Origin: Escherichia coli
GTDB lineage: Bacteria > Pseudomonadota > Gammaproteobacteria > Enterobacterales > Enterobacteriaceae
Length of the DNA: 64,000 nucleotides
Direction: 5' to 3' (one strand)
Assembly: GCF_003334305.1 (NCBI RefSeq)
Contig: NZ_QOWS01000003.1
Shown here in pieces: positions 1-11,129 of the stretch. The notes below the pieces were generated by a model. It did not search any database and was not told where the DNA came from. It saw only the letters and a list, made by a program, of their open reading frames with translations. The position numbers and the translations under genes were made by a program. The number at the start of each line of letters is the position of its first letter. The first letter of the stretch is position 1.

Positions 1-1563
1 ACCCAGCAGGTCTTGCAGCATAAAGCGGCCAGAACGAGTACCCGCATCCAGCGCGGTCAGGATGAACAGGGCTTCGAACAGAATACCGAAGTGATACCAG
101 AAGCCCATGTCAGCCATCGGCAGCACTTTGTGGAACACGTGAGCGATACCTACCGCCAGCGTTGGCGCACCACCTGCACGGTTCAGGACAGAAGGCTCAC
201 CAATGTCTTTCGCGGTTTGCAGGATCTGCTCTGGCGAAATCACGAAGCCCCAGGAGCTGACGGTCGCTGCCGCGTGTGCGGTAACGTCTTTCAGCTGCGC
301 CATGATGATCGGCGCGTTCTCGCCACCCATTTCATGCAGGTTAGGCATGGTGATGCCAAGGCCAGCAGGCGGGGTATTCATCGCGAAGTAAAGACCCGGT
401 TCGATGATGGACGCTGCAACCAGCGCCATAATCGCCACGAAGGACTCCATCAGCATTGCGCCGTAGCCAATGAAACGCGCGTCGGTTTCGTTAGCCAGCA
501 GTTTTGGCGTCGTACCGGAAGAGATCAGCGCGTGGAAGCCAGATACCGCACCACAGGCGATGGTGATGAACAGGAACGGGAACAGAGCGCCTTTCCACAG
601 CGGGCCAGTACCGTCAATGTACTGGGTCGTCGCAGGCATTTTCAGTTCCGGGTTCAGCACCACGATACCCAGCGCCAGGCCGACGATAACGCCGATTTTC
701 AGGAAGGTTGCCAGATAGTCGCGCGGTGCGAGGATCAGCCACACCGGCAGCAGTGCGGAAACAAACGCATAGCCAATCAGCGCGAAGGTAATGGTGGTGT
801 CTTTAAAGGTCAGTGCCGGACCCCAGTACGGATCGTGAGCAATCACGCCACCGAAGTAGATAGAGGCAACCAGCAGCACGATACCAATGACAGAGACTTC
901 ACCCACACGCCCCGGACGGATAAAGCGCATGTAGATACCCATAAACAGCGCAATCGGTACGGTTGAGCAAACGGTGAAAACACCCCACGGGCTTTCGGCC
1001 AGGGCTTTAACCACAATCAGCGCCAGGACGGCAAGGATGATGATCATGATTAAGAAACAGCCAAACAGCGCGATAGTCCCCGGTACTGGTCCCATCTCTT
1101 CTTTGATCATCTCACCGAGAGATGCGCCGTTACGGCGAGAGGAGATAAACAGCACCATAAAGTCCTGTACCGCACCGGCCAGTACTACCCCCGCCAGCAG
1201 CCACAGCGTGCCAGGTAGGTAGCCCATCTGCGCGGCGAGAACCGGACCAACCAGCGGACCAGCACCGGCGATAGCGGCGAAGTGGTGACCAAACAACACG
1301 TAACGGTTGGTCGGAACATAGTTCAGACCGTCGTTGTTAATAACCGCAGGCGTCGCGCGCGTGGGGTCGAGTTTCATCACCTTCTGGGCGATGTACAGAC
1401 TGTAGTAGCGATAAGCCACCAGATACACCGACACAGAGGCGACCACGATCCACAGGGCGCTGACGTGCTCCCCCCGACGTAATGCAACTACCGCGAGGCA
1501 GAATGCACCGATGATTCCGAGAATCACCCAGGGTATGTGCTTGAATAGTTTTTTCGTATCCAT
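1..1563 (-). CDS. btsT: Pyruvate/peptide transporter BtsT (CstA family), N-terminal part; gene runs off the window start
   Basis: Minus-strand translation from ATG at 1563 reads MDTKKLFKHIPWVILGIIGAFCLAVV..., CstA-family membrane protein; open to window edge so absent from ORF track. The + ORF 13..966 is its antisense. Confidence 0.8.
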   Translation of the reverse strand, partial: MDTKKLFKHIPWVILGIIGAFCLAVVALRRGEHVSALWIVVASVSVYLVAYRYYSLYIAQKVMKLDPTRATPAVINNDGLNYVPTNRYVLFGHHFAAIAGAGPLVGPVLAAQMGYLPGTLWLLAGVVLAGAVQDFMVLFISSRRNGASLGEMIKEEMGPVPGTIALFGCFLIMIIILAVLALIVVKALAESPWGVFTVCSTVPIALFMGIYMRFIRPGRVGEVSVIGIVLLVASIYFGGVIAHDPYWGPALTFKDTTITFALIGYAFVSALLPVWLILAPRDYLATFLKIGVIVGLALGIVVLNPELKMPATTQYIDGTGPLWKGALFPFLFITIACGAVSGFHALISSGTTPKLLANETDARFIGYGAMLMESFVAIMALVAASIIEPGLYFAMNTPPAGLGITMPNLHEMGGENAPIIMAQLKDVTAHAAATVSSWGFVISPEQILQTAKDIGEPSVLNRAGGAPTLAVGIAHVFHKVLPMADMGFWYHFGILFEALFILTALDAGTRSGRFMLQDLLG

Positions 1564-1911
1564 AGTAAAACCTGGCATTTTACTCGTCGTCTTTTGGCTT
1601 ACAGGTGCGGCAGCTGCGTTCGTTCACCTCTGTCACTTACTGTTGCAAGCTCCCGGGGATTCACTCACTTGCTGCCTTCCTGCAAACCAAAATCCATAGA
1701 GTAATTTGTTAATCATAGGCCGAAGCCGTTCTAGGTTTGCGTTGCGTTTGAGGAGGTAAATTGACCGCTATCCTGCAGTGATGTTGCCAGAGATACGCGC
1801 GCGTAAAGTAAGGTAAATAACTGAGTGGTTATTTTAGGGATGTAAGCGGTCAGGAATGGCGGTGAGCGGTTGGGCAAGAATTATTCATCGGGTGGATATG
1901 TGATTGAGATC

Positions 1912-1949
1912 ACAATAAAAATGCCCCTTCGACGAATGCGTGAAGGGGC
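1912..1949 (-). terminator. Rho-independent terminator downstream of hpaC
   Basis: Stem gccccttc (1923-1930) / gaaggggc (1942-1949) followed on the minus strand by a T-run (plus aataaaaat 1911-1919). Confidence 0.6.
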
Positions 1950-1955
1950 TGGAGC

Positions 1956-2468
1956 TTAAATCGCAGCTTCCATTTCCAGCATCACCGGATGGAAACGGCG
2001 TTTAAAGTAAATAAGTCCGTGACCTTCTGCACTGAGGATGATGTTTTTAATCTCCACCAGATACACCAGATGTGTGCCAATCGCCTGCACATCGCGGATC
2101 TCTCCTTCAAGACTGGCCAGCGAACCTTTCAGCACCGGCTGCGCCAGCGGACCTTTTTGCCAGCATGAGAGGCTAAAACGCTCTTCCATCGCCATGCCTG
2201 TCATGCCCGCGAAGTGGCGTGCCATCAGTTCCTGCTCATGGTTGAGGACGTTGACGCACAACTTACCGTTGCCCTGAAAAACCGGGTTCATCGCACTGTT
2301 GGCGTTAATGCACACCATCAGCGACGGTGGTGTATCCGTGACCGAGCAGACGGCCGTTGCCGTAATTCCGCATTGTCCGGCGTCGCCCTCGGTGGTGATA
2401 ATATTTACCGCTGCCGACAGGCTGGCCATTGCGTCACGAAAGCGCAGGCGTTGTTCATCTAATTGCAT
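1956..2468 (-). CDS. hpaC: 4-hydroxyphenylacetate 3-monooxygenase, flavin reductase component
   Basis: 170 aa ORF; small flavin reductase adjacent to hpaB; recognised from translation and operon context. Confidence 0.85.
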   Translation of the reverse strand: MQLDEQRLRFRDAMASLSAAVNIITTEGDAGQCGITATAVCSVTDTPPSLMVCINANSAMNPVFQGNGKLCVNVLNHEQELMARHFAGMTGMAMEERFSLSCWQKGPLAQPVLKGSLASLEGEIRDVQAIGTHLVYLVEIKNIILSAEGHGLIYFKRRFHPVMLEMEAAI

Positions 2469-2485
2469 CTTAACCTCCTGCTGCG

Positions 2486-4048
2486 TTATTTCAGCAGCTT
2501 ATCCAGCATGTTGATATCGTCGTTGTTGTGCAGGTGCGGCACAGTCCAGCCGTTCTGGTCGTATTCCGACAGGCAGCGATCAACCATCGCCATCATCTTG
2601 TCCATATTGCCGGAGCTTTGTGCCTGGCGCAGACACTGCAGGCGAATCTCATCCTGGCTACCGGAGTAGTTGATTTCATACAGTTCGTGACGACCACCAA
2701 ACTCGCTGCCAATGGCATCCCACATCAGTTTGAGGATCTTGATGCGCTGGACGTGATCCATACCGTTCGAACCGCGCACATACTTCGCCAGATACTGGTC
2801 GATCTGCGGATTGTTCAGGTCACGGGCACTGGAAGGGAGATAGATCAGGCCACTGGTAACGTTGCGTTCGATAATGTTTTTGATCTTCGCGTAGGCCATT
2901 GGTGCCAGTACGCGATAGGTTTGCAGTGCGGCATGATCCGGTAAATAAGCCCCGTTGACCCACGGCGTCGCTTCAGAACACATCGAGTCACTCAATGCCC
3001 AGAAGGTGTTGCGCCACGCCACCACTTCACCGAGATCGGCCTGCACACCACGGAACTCCAGGGTGCCGGTACATTCGAGTGATTTTTTCAGCAGTGCCGT
3101 AATGAAGTCGAGTTTCACTGCCAGGCGCACACAGGCTTGCAGCGGATACATACGGGCGAAACCGCCTTCCATCGTCCAGCGACGGCAGCGATCAAAATCG
3201 CGGTAGATCAGCACGTTTTCCCATGGGATCAGCACGTTATCCATCACCAGAATCGCATCGTTCTCATCGAAGCGGCTGGAGAGCGGGTAGTCGTACGGCG
3301 AGCCGGTAGCACCCGCGACCATCTCATAAGAGGCGCGGGAGATTAATTTCACGCCATCGGCATCCATTGGCGCAACGAACATCAGTGCGAAGTCCGGGTT
3401 TTCGCCCATTACTTGTGCCGAGCCGAAGCCAATCATGTTGTAGTGAGTCAGCGCCGAGTTGGTGGCAACCACTTTCGCACCGCTAACGATAATCCCGGCG
3501 TCAGTCTCTTTTTCCAGCTTGATGTAAACGTCTTTCACTTTATCGGTCGGCAAATGACGATCGATCGGTGGGTTAACAATCGCGTGGTTAAAGTAGAGGC
3601 CAGTTTCCTGAATACGGGTGTACCAGTTACGGGCGTTCTGCTCGAACTGACCGTAAAAGCCCGGATTCGCGCCCAGTGCGCAACCGAAAGCAGCTTTGTA
3701 GTCTGGGGTACGGCCCATCCAGCCATAGCTCAGGCGTGACCATTCAGCGATGGCGTCGCGTTGCTGGCGCAGGTCGTCGGCACTTTTCGCCACGCGGAAG
3801 AATTTATGGGTATAGCCGCCGCTGCCGGTGTCGGTGTTCCAACACAGAGAGTCCTGCATCTCCGGTTTGTGCAGCGCGTCGTACAGTTGGGCAACAGACG
3901 CTGCCGCATTACGAAATGCCGGATGAGTGGTGACGTCTTTCACTCGCTCGCCATAGATATAGATCTCGCGACCATCCTGCAGGCTTTTCAGATACTCTTC
4001 CCCGGTGAAAGGACGTTGGGTACTGGCGCGGAAATCTTCTGGTTTCAT
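2486..4048 (-). CDS. hpaB: 4-hydroxyphenylacetate 3-monooxygenase, oxygenase component
   Basis: 520 aa ORF MKPEDFRASTQRPFTGEEYLKSL...; length and sequence typical of HpaB. Confidence 0.9.
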   Translation of the reverse strand: MKPEDFRASTQRPFTGEEYLKSLQDGREIYIYGERVKDVTTHPAFRNAAASVAQLYDALHKPEMQDSLCWNTDTGSGGYTHKFFRVAKSADDLRQQRDAIAEWSRLSYGWMGRTPDYKAAFGCALGANPGFYGQFEQNARNWYTRIQETGLYFNHAIVNPPIDRHLPTDKVKDVYIKLEKETDAGIIVSGAKVVATNSALTHYNMIGFGSAQVMGENPDFALMFVAPMDADGVKLISRASYEMVAGATGSPYDYPLSSRFDENDAILVMDNVLIPWENVLIYRDFDRCRRWTMEGGFARMYPLQACVRLAVKLDFITALLKKSLECTGTLEFRGVQADLGEVVAWRNTFWALSDSMCSEATPWVNGAYLPDHAALQTYRVLAPMAYAKIKNIIERNVTSGLIYLPSSARDLNNPQIDQYLAKYVRGSNGMDHVQRIKILKLMWDAIGSEFGGRHELYEINYSGSQDEIRLQCLRQAQSSGNMDKMMAMVDRCLSEYDQNGWTVPHLHNNDDINMLDKLLK

Positions 4049-4298
4049 GTCGACCTCTACAGTATTAATCGGAATACGATTGTTAATTTTGTGTGTTGTT
4101 TTTGTTATTTAATTGAAGCTTGCAGGGGCGATTACGGGAAGACACTTTTGGGACAATGGCTGGTACTTTTCAGGTCGGGTACGGTTTTGTGATCGAGGTC
4201 GCTTTTAGCGATTTTTAACGTTACTAAATCCCCTTGCTCCAGGCGGAGAAAGGGGAATAGCAGGTGGTGCCTGGTTTCCCGTTAAGGCTAAGGGATTT
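4049..4298 (-). promoter_or_regulatory. hpaBC promoter region (HpaA-activated per literature)
   Basis: 250 bp noncoding gap between hpaA stop and hpaB start; AT-rich stretch 4075-4110. Confidence 0.4.
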
Positions 4299-5189
4299 TC
4301 ACGTCACAGGTACTTTTTTGGCACGATAAGCACTGGGCGAGCAACCGACTAAGCGATTAAAAAAGCGCGCAAAATAAGCCGGATCTTTAAAACCGAGTTG
4401 CCAGGCAATATTGTTCACGGCGTTATCAGAAAACAGCAGCAGCCGCTTGGCTTCTCGTAGCTGCCTGTCGAAAATCAACCGTTTTGGCGGACGGTTGGCA
4501 AAGCGGCGGCAGATGTCCGTGAGTCGTGATTCGGTGATATGCAGTTCGTTAGCGTAATCCGGTACTGTCCAGTGCTGATGAAAATGGCTTTCAATCAGCA
4601 TATTAAAACGCTGGAACAGTTTTAATTCTCCGCGCATCCCGCTGGCGGCATGGTCGTCGAGTTTTGCATTACGCAGCAGTAGGGTGAACACTGCCTGTGC
4701 CAGTAGCGTCAGGGTGTGTTCCCGTCCAGGCAGTTGTTCCACCGATTCCCGCTCTATCAGTTGCCAATAGTGTTCCAGCGCCGCCAGTTCGTCGGGTTTA
4801 TCTGCCAGTGACAGGCAAATCCCCGGCAGGCCGAAGGTTTCCCGAGTGCCTGGATAAAGAACTTCCAGCAGGGGCCAGATCAGATCTTCCCGTACCGTCA
4901 ACACATGACCGTCGGCGTCAGACTCCGTAATAAACGCATGAGGTACTGACGGTGGCGTCAGGACAAACAGGGGCGCTTCCACCGAGTAGCGATGATCGTC
5001 AAGCTGTAGCTCAATCTGTCCGCTATTGAGGAAATGCATCTGAAAGTACTGTTCGTGGCGATGTGGCAGCATATGGCGGCCAAAAAAGGCCGCCATGCGG
5101 GCGAACGACTGATAATGCACATCGTCCGTGCCCAGGCTTTCATCGTACTCTTTGCTGATATCAATATTGGCAATCTGACGGTCACACAT
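4299..5189 (-). CDS. hpaA: AraC/XylS-family activator of hpaBC
   Basis: 296 aa ORF with C-terminal AraC-type HTH (…RLIFDRQLREAKRLLLFSDNAVNNIAWQLGFKDPAYFARFF…). Confidence 0.85.
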   Translation of the reverse strand: MCDRQIANIDISKEYDESLGTDDVHYQSFARMAAFFGRHMLPHRHEQYFQMHFLNSGQIELQLDDHRYSVEAPLFVLTPPSVPHAFITESDADGHVLTVREDLIWPLLEVLYPGTRETFGLPGICLSLADKPDELAALEHYWQLIERESVEQLPGREHTLTLLAQAVFTLLLRNAKLDDHAASGMRGELKLFQRFNMLIESHFHQHWTVPDYANELHITESRLTDICRRFANRPPKRLIFDRQLREAKRLLLFSDNAVNNIAWQLGFKDPAYFARFFNRLVGCSPSAYRAKKVPVT

Positions 5190-5198
5190 CGTCGTTCC

Positions 5199-6575
5199 TT
5201 ACGGGGTCGCTCGCGGACGGGAGGACTGCATTGGAATCGCCCAGATAATCCCCGCACCAATCACCAGCAGCGCGGCAACAAACCACAATCCACTGTTAAA
5301 GCTGCCGGTCAGATCTTTCAACCAGCCGATCATAAACGGACTTAACGCTGAACCAATGTTGCCAGTGGCGTTGATCACCGCAATACCGATCGCTCGTGCC
5401 CGCAGGCTGATGGACTGATCCGGTGTTGTCCAGAAAATCGCCATTGCGCTGAATGATCCGGTCGAAGCCATAATGATCCCCAGCATCTGGATCATGTTGT
5501 GATCAGTTGCCGAAGCCAGTAACCAACCTGCGGCAGCGAACAAATAAGGAAGGGCGGTGTGATGCCTTCGTTCCTGGCGGCGATCTGAGTGACGGCTCCA
5601 GTAGACCATCCCGAGAATGGTACAAATCTGCGGTACGGCGGCCAGCAGGCCGATGGTGATATTACTGCTGCCCTGATTAAAACTTTGCAGGATCTGCGGT
5701 GTCCAGATGCTGATCGCACTAAGTGTGTTGGTCAGGCAGAAATACGCCAGGGTATACATCATCACCACCGGAGTGAAGATCTCCCGCCACATACTGCGTT
5801 GTTGCATGGCGTGGTGGCTGATGGCTCCCTCTGGCTGAACCAGCGTCAGACGATCGTTATCCATCATCTCTTGCAGGCATTTTTTGTCTTCTTTCGTCAG
5901 CCACTTAGCTTTGTCCGGTGAGTCATCAAGCCAGAACCACACCATGACGCCGAGTAATACCGACGGGAAGCCTTCCAGCAAAAACAGCCACTGCCAGCCT
6001 TTTAATGCCATTACGCCATCCAGCGACAAAATGTAGCCGGAAACGAGCGATCCCAACGCTGTCGTTACCGGCATTGCAACCATAAACAAGGCGTTGGCAC
6101 GGGCGCGGAAATAGGCCGGAAACCAGAAGGTTAAATACAGCAGAATGCCAGGCAGAAAGCCGGCTTCGGTAATGCCAACCAGTATACGCAGTACGTACAA
6201 GCTGGTGGGGCCAGTGGCAAACATGGTGGCAGTAGAGGCGATGCCCCAGAGCACCATGATGGTGGCGATCCAGCGCCGCGCACCGACAATACTCAGCATA
6301 ATGTTGCTGGGAATGCCGAAGATGACATAAGCGGCATAGAACAGGGTGGTAGCGAGGCCAAACATGGTGGCGCTCAGACCGAGGTCGCGTCCCATCGTGA
6401 GTCCGGCAAAGCCGATGTTGATGCGATCAAGGAACGAGAAGATAAACAGCACGAACAGAAAGACGATCAGGCGGCGAAATAGCTTCTTAATAACCGCCTG
6501 TTGTCCGGCAGTCAGCGCTTTATGCTGATTCGCCGGATCGATACTCTCCGGTATGGCAGGTGAGGTGTCGCTCAT
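5199..6575 (-). CDS. hpaX: 4-hydroxyphenylacetate permease (MFS)
   Basis: MFS-type membrane protein; start set at MSDTSPA (ATG 6575) preceded by aggaag RBS; track ORF extends to 6635. Confidence 0.8.
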   Translation of the reverse strand: MSDTSPAIPESIDPANQHKALTAGQQAVIKKLFRRLIVFLFVLFIFSFLDRINIGFAGLTMGRDLGLSATMFGLATTLFYAAYVIFGIPSNIMLSIVGARRWIATIMVLWGIASTATMFATGPTSLYVLRILVGITEAGFLPGILLYLTFWFPAYFRARANALFMVAMPVTTALGSLVSGYILSLDGVMALKGWQWLFLLEGFPSVLLGVMVWFWLDDSPDKAKWLTKEDKKCLQEMMDNDRLTLVQPEGAISHHAMQQRSMWREIFTPVVMMYTLAYFCLTNTLSAISIWTPQILQSFNQGSSNITIGLLAAVPQICTILGMVYWSRHSDRRQERRHHTALPYLFAAAGWLLASATDHNMIQMLGIIMASTGSFSAMAIFWTTPDQSISLRARAIGIAVINATGNIGSALSPFMIGWLKDLTGSFNSGLWFVAALLVIGAGIIWAIPMQSSRPRATP

Positions 6576-6619
6576 TTTTCTTCCTCTAATGGGATTTTTG
6601 TAGGGTACGACAAGGTTTA

Positions 6620-6749
<130 letters not shown>

Positions 6750-6750
<1 letters not shown>

Positions 6751-7538
6751 TAATACACGCCGGGCTTCACGGCGGTGGCCTGCGCACCAAACCGTGCTGC
6801 CAGCGCTTCAGCGGCGCGGGCGAGCAGGGTGGTGTCAACGCCGACGGCGACAAACAGCGCGCCCAGTTCCAGATAGCGTTTTGCCAGTTGCTCATTGGCG
6901 ATCAGGATCCCCGGCGCTTTGCCCGCTTCGCGGATCTGCACGATCGCCTGCTCAATGGCGGCCTGTACTTCCGGGTGCTGCGGATTACCGGCATAACCCA
7001 TATCGGCGCTCAGATCCGCCGGGCCGATAAACACGCCGTCGACCCCTTCCACGTCCAGAATCTGCGGTAAGTTCTTCATTGCCTCACGCGTTTCGATCTG
7101 CACCAGCACGCACATTTGATCGTTGGCTTTTTGCAGGTAATCAGGAATGCGATTCCAGCGCGAGGCACGGGCCAGCGCACTGCCCACACCGCGAATACCG
7201 GCGGGGGGATAACGGGTGGCGCGTACCGCTTCACGGGCTTCGTCAGCGTTTTGAACCATCGGCACCAGTAAGGTTTGTGTGCCGACGTCCAGCAGTTGTT
7301 TGATTTGCACCGGATCGTTCCACGACGGACGTACTACCGGCTGGCTGGGGTAGGGCGCAATCGCCTGTAGCTGGGTGAGCACGGTTTGCACGTTATTCGG
7401 CGCGTGCTCACCGTCGATCAATAACCAGTCGAATCCTGCTCCGGCCAGTAACTCTGCGCTGTAGCTGCTACTTAGCCCCAGCCATAATCCGATCTGCGGG
7501 CGGCCTGCTTTCAGCGCCGCTTTAAAACTGTTTTCCAT
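6750..7538 (-). CDS. hpaI: 2,4-dihydroxyhept-2-ene-1,7-dioate aldolase
   Basis: Start placed at [21 protein letters not shown] (262 aa); track ORF is longer upstream, running through the hpaH 3' end. Confidence 0.8.
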
Positions 7539-7548
7539 CGTTCTCTCC

Positions 7549-8352
7549 TTAAACAAAGCGGCAGCTAATGGAGCCCATGTTGCCGTAATCGACGTGGAAG
7601 GTGTCGCCCTTACGCGCCGGAACCGGGCGGGTGAACGAACCGCCGAGAATGATTTGCCCGGCTTCCAGTTGTACGTCATACGGTGCGAGTTTGTTCGCCA
7701 GCCAGGCCACGCCGTTTGCCGGATGATTTAGCACGCCAGCGGCGACGCCGGTTTCTTCAATCACGCCATTGCGATACATCAGGGCGGAGATCCAACGCAG
7801 ATCCAGTTCGTCTGGTTTGATCGGACGACCGCCGAGGATCACTCCGGCGTTGGCGGCGTTATCAGAAATGGTGTCGAACACTTTGCGCGGGCGCTGGGTT
7901 TCCGGATCGATGTTGTGGCAGCGAGCGTCGATCAGCTCCAGCGCCGGGATCACGTAGTCCGTGGCGTTGTAGACGTCGAACAGCGTGCAGTTTGGCCCAC
8001 GCAGCGGTTTTGCCAGCACGAAAGCCAGCTCCACTTCAATGCGCGGCACGATAAAGCGATCGGTCGGGATATCGCTGCCATCGTGGAAGAACATGTCGTC
8101 CAGCAATGCACCGTAATCTGGTTCGCTGATTTGTGAGCTGGCCTGCATCGCTTTCGAGGTCAGACCGATTTTGTGGCCTTTCAGCGTACGGCCTTCGGCG
8201 ATTTTCAGTCGAACCCATTCACGCTGCACCGCGTAAGCGTCTTCGATGGTGATCTCCGGGTAATCCAGGGAGATCGCGCGGATCTGTTCGCGCTGTTTTT
8301 CTGCCTGATCCAGACGCTGGGCGATCAGGGTGTGGGTGTGTTTATCGAACAT
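7549..8352 (-). CDS. hpaH: 2-oxo-hept-3-ene-1,7-dioate hydratase
   Basis: Hydratase-family ORF; start placed at [14 protein letters not shown] (267 aa). Confidence 0.8.
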
Positions 8353-8419
8353 AGCGATATCCTGTGGCATTGCCGGATGCGGCTGCGCCTTATCATCCGG
8401 CCTGGAAGCTGGTGCAAAT

Positions 8420-8800
8420 TTATTTAAACAACGCGTGCACGTTGTTTTGTTTAAAATTCAGCGTCGGGTGCAGCTCTGCAATCTCAAATGAAAGCGCCAG
8501 GTAACGGCTCTCCATCAGTGAGGCGAAGTGCGTTTTAATCAGATCAAACAGCATTTCGCCCACTTCCTGACGGCTTTCCAGGCTGCGCCCGCTGCCGATT
8601 TTTAGCGTCATATGCACAAAGGCGTAATCGTGCTTGCCATCAGCCATTTGCCAGGTATCGATCCAGTGCGCCCGGCTACGTATTCCCCCAAGCGGAAAAA
8701 TCCCCGTCGCCGCCAGTGCAGTGTTAACACTGGCAAACAGCTCAGGTAAGCGGGCTTCTTGACGAATATTTTCAGTACATTCCACGATAAAGTGCGGCAT
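8420..8800 (-). CDS. hpaF: 5-carboxymethyl-2-hydroxymuconate isomerase
   Basis: 126 aa ORF in hpa operon order. Confidence 0.8.
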   Translation of the reverse strand: MPHFIVECTENIRQEARLPELFASVNTALAATGIFPLGGIRSRAHWIDTWQMADGKHDYAFVHMTLKIGSGRSLESRQEVGEMLFDLIKTHFASLMESRYLALSFEIAELHPTLNFKQNNVHALFK

Positions 8801-8809
8801 GGTGGTTCC

Positions 8810-9661
8810 TTACGCGGGAAGCGGGAAAACAGCGTTAACCTGACCGGTGCCAGAGCTTGGGAATAGCTCGGTGATAAACTCCACCTTGCCGTCGTATTTA
8901 TCCCAGCCGAGCATCCCCAGCAGCATCACCGTGTCGTGCATATTGCCTTCGCCGTAGCAGTAGTCGGCGTACTCCGGCAGCATATTGCAGAACTCTTTGA
9001 ACTGGCCTTCGCGCCACAACTTCACCACGCGCTCGTCCATCTGGCGGTCGAACTCGCGGGTGTAGCTGTTCATCCCTTCTTCTGCACGCTGATCGTCAAT
9101 AAAGCGGTGCGATAACGAACCGCTGGCAAGGACCGCCACGGTGCCGTCGTACTGTTCGATCGCTTTCAGAATCGCTTCGCCCAGCTTGCGGCTGTCGGCA
9201 AAATCGTGAACCGTGCAGAAAGCCGAAATGGAGACCACTTTGAAGCGCTTGTCTTCATTCATGTAGCGCATCGGTACCAGCGTGCCGTATTCCAGTTTCA
9301 GGCTGGGAATGTTGTGCGCTTTTGCCCGCACGCCGAGCTTTAAGGCTTCATCGGCAATTAGCTGCCCCAACTCCGGGTTGCCCTCGTAGTTGTAGGTCAT
9401 GTCACGAATAAAATGCGGCAGCTCGTTGCTGGTGTAGACGCCTTCAAAATGGTCTGCACAGTTGATGTGATAAGCACTGTTGACCAGCCAGTGGGTATCG
9501 AAAACGATAATGGTATCGACGCCCATTTCCCGGCAACGCTTGCTGATCTCTTTATGCCCGTCGATCGCACCCTGGCGGCAACCGTGGTTTTTCCCTGGCA
9601 GTTCAGAGAGATACATCGACGGTACGTGCGTGATCTTGGCGGCTAACGCTAACTTACCCAT
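8810..9661 (-). CDS. hpaD: 3,4-dihydroxyphenylacetate (homoprotocatechuate) 2,3-dioxygenase
   Basis: 283 aa extradiol dioxygenase-like ORF in hpa operon. Confidence 0.85.
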   Translation of the reverse strand: MGKLALAAKITHVPSMYLSELPGKNHGCRQGAIDGHKEISKRCREMGVDTIIVFDTHWLVNSAYHINCADHFEGVYTSNELPHFIRDMTYNYEGNPELGQLIADEALKLGVRAKAHNIPSLKLEYGTLVPMRYMNEDKRFKVVSISAFCTVHDFADSRKLGEAILKAIEQYDGTVAVLASGSLSHRFIDDQRAEEGMNSYTREFDRQMDERVVKLWREGQFKEFCNMLPEYADYCYGEGNMHDTVMLLGMLGWDKYDGKVEFITELFPSSGTGQVNAVFPLPA

Positions 9662-9662
9662 A

Positions 9663-11129
9663 TCAGACTCCCCATTTCGGAATTGGATGGTCGCCCATGG
9701 AAATGCAGACGTTCTTCATTTCCGCGAACACTTCGAAGCTGTACTCACCGCCTTCACGTCCGGTGCCGGAGGCTTTTACGCCGCCAAACGGCTGGCGCAG
9801 GTCGCGGACGTTCTGGGTGTTGACGAACACCATGCCTGCTTCAATGCCACGCGCCAGGCGTAACACTTTGCTGACATCCTGTGTCCAGATGTACGACGCG
9901 AGGCCGTACTCCACGTCGTTTGCCAGGCGTAAGCCTTCGGCTTCGTCTTTAAACGGCAGCAGGCAGGCGACCGGCCCGAAAATCTCTTCCTGGGCGACGC
10001 GCATACGGTTATCAACGTCTGCCAGCACCGTTGGGCGCAGGAAGTTGCCGCCTTTCAGGTGTGCAGGCAGGTCAGACGGTTTATCCGGGCCGCCCGCCAG
10101 CAGGGTTGCGCCTTCTTCAATGCCGAGACGGATATAGCCGGAGACTTTTTCCCAGTGTTGCTGGCTGATAAGCGCCCCAACCTGGGTATTTGGATCGTTC
10201 GGATCGCCCACGCGCAGACGGTTGGCGCGTTCGGCAAAGCGTTTAACGAATTCCGGGTAGATGCTCTGCTGAATAAAGATGCGCGAACCGGCGGTGCAGC
10301 GTTCGCCGTTGATCGAGAAGATGGTGAACAGGGCGGCGTCCAGCGCGCGTTCAATATCAGCATCTTCAAAAATCAGCACCGGCGATTTACCGCCCAGTTC
10401 CATGGAGTATTTTTTCAGCCCGGCGTTTTTCATGATGTTGCGCCCGGTGGCGGTACCGCCGGTGAACGACACGGCACGCACGTCATGATGACGAACCAGC
10501 GCATCCCCTGCGGTTGCGCCGTAGCCCTGTACCACGTTCAGCACGCCTGCCGGAATACCGGCTTCCAGCGCCAGCTCACCCAGGCGGTCAGCGGTCAGCG
10601 GGGAGAGTTCCGACATCTTCAGCACCGCGGTATTGCCCAGCGCCAGACACGGCGCGACCTTCCAGGTGGCGGTCATAAACGGCACGTTCCACGGCGATAC
10701 CAGCGCACAAACGCCCACCGGCTGCACCAGCGTGTAGTTGAGCATCTTGTCGTCAACCGGATAGGTCTTGCCGTTCATCTGCTGGCAGACTTCCGCGAAA
10801 AATTCAAAGTTGTGAGAAGCGCGTGGGATCAACACATTTTTGGTCTGATGGATCGGCAGGCCCGTGTCCGCGGTTTCCATCGCGGCGATCTCCGGTACGT
10901 TCTGGTCGATCAGATCGCCCAGACGGCGCATCAGGCGCGCGCGCTCTTTCATCGGCAGATTGGCCCATTTCGGGAACGCCTCTTTCGCTGCCGCTACCGC
11001 CTGATTGATCTCCGCTTCACCGCCGGAGGCCACATCCGCCAGCACTTCACCCGTTGCCGGATTGGTAGTCTGGAAGTAGTCGTTACCTGCAACATTTTTA
11101 CCGTTGATCCAATGATTTACTTTTTTCAT
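9663..11129 (-). CDS. hpaE: 5-carboxymethyl-2-hydroxymuconate semialdehyde dehydrogenase
   Basis: 488 aa aldehyde dehydrogenase family ORF (…ELGGKSP… motif). Confidence 0.85.
   Translation of the reverse strand: MKKVNHWINGKNVAGNDYFQTTNPATGEVLADVASGGEAEINQAVAAAKEAFPKWANLPMKERARLMRRLGDLIDQNVPEIAAMETADTGLPIHQTKNVLIPRASHNFEFFAEVCQQMNGKTYPVDDKMLNYTLVQPVGVCALVSPWNVPFMTATWKVAPCLALGNTAVLKMSELSPLTADRLGELALEAGIPAGVLNVVQGYGATAGDALVRHHDVRAVSFTGGTATGRNIMKNAGLKKYSMELGGKSPVLIFEDADIERALDAALFTIFSINGERCTAGSRIFIQQSIYPEFVKRFAERANRLRVGDPNDPNTQVGALISQQHWEKVSGYIRLGIEEGATLLAGGPDKPSDLPAHLKGGNFLRPTVLADVDNRMRVAQEEIFGPVACLLPFKDEAEGLRLANDVEYGLASYIWTQDVSKVLRLARGIEAGMVFVNTQNVRDLRQPFGGVKASGTGREGGEYSFEVFAEMKNVCISMGDHPIPKWGV

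Noticed and set aside
13-966. 317-aa plus-strand ORF at the window start
   Set aside because: Antisense to the btsT coding sequence, which gives a clean CstA-family translation on the minus strand; the R/H/Q-rich product is typical of antisense frames in GC-rich genes.
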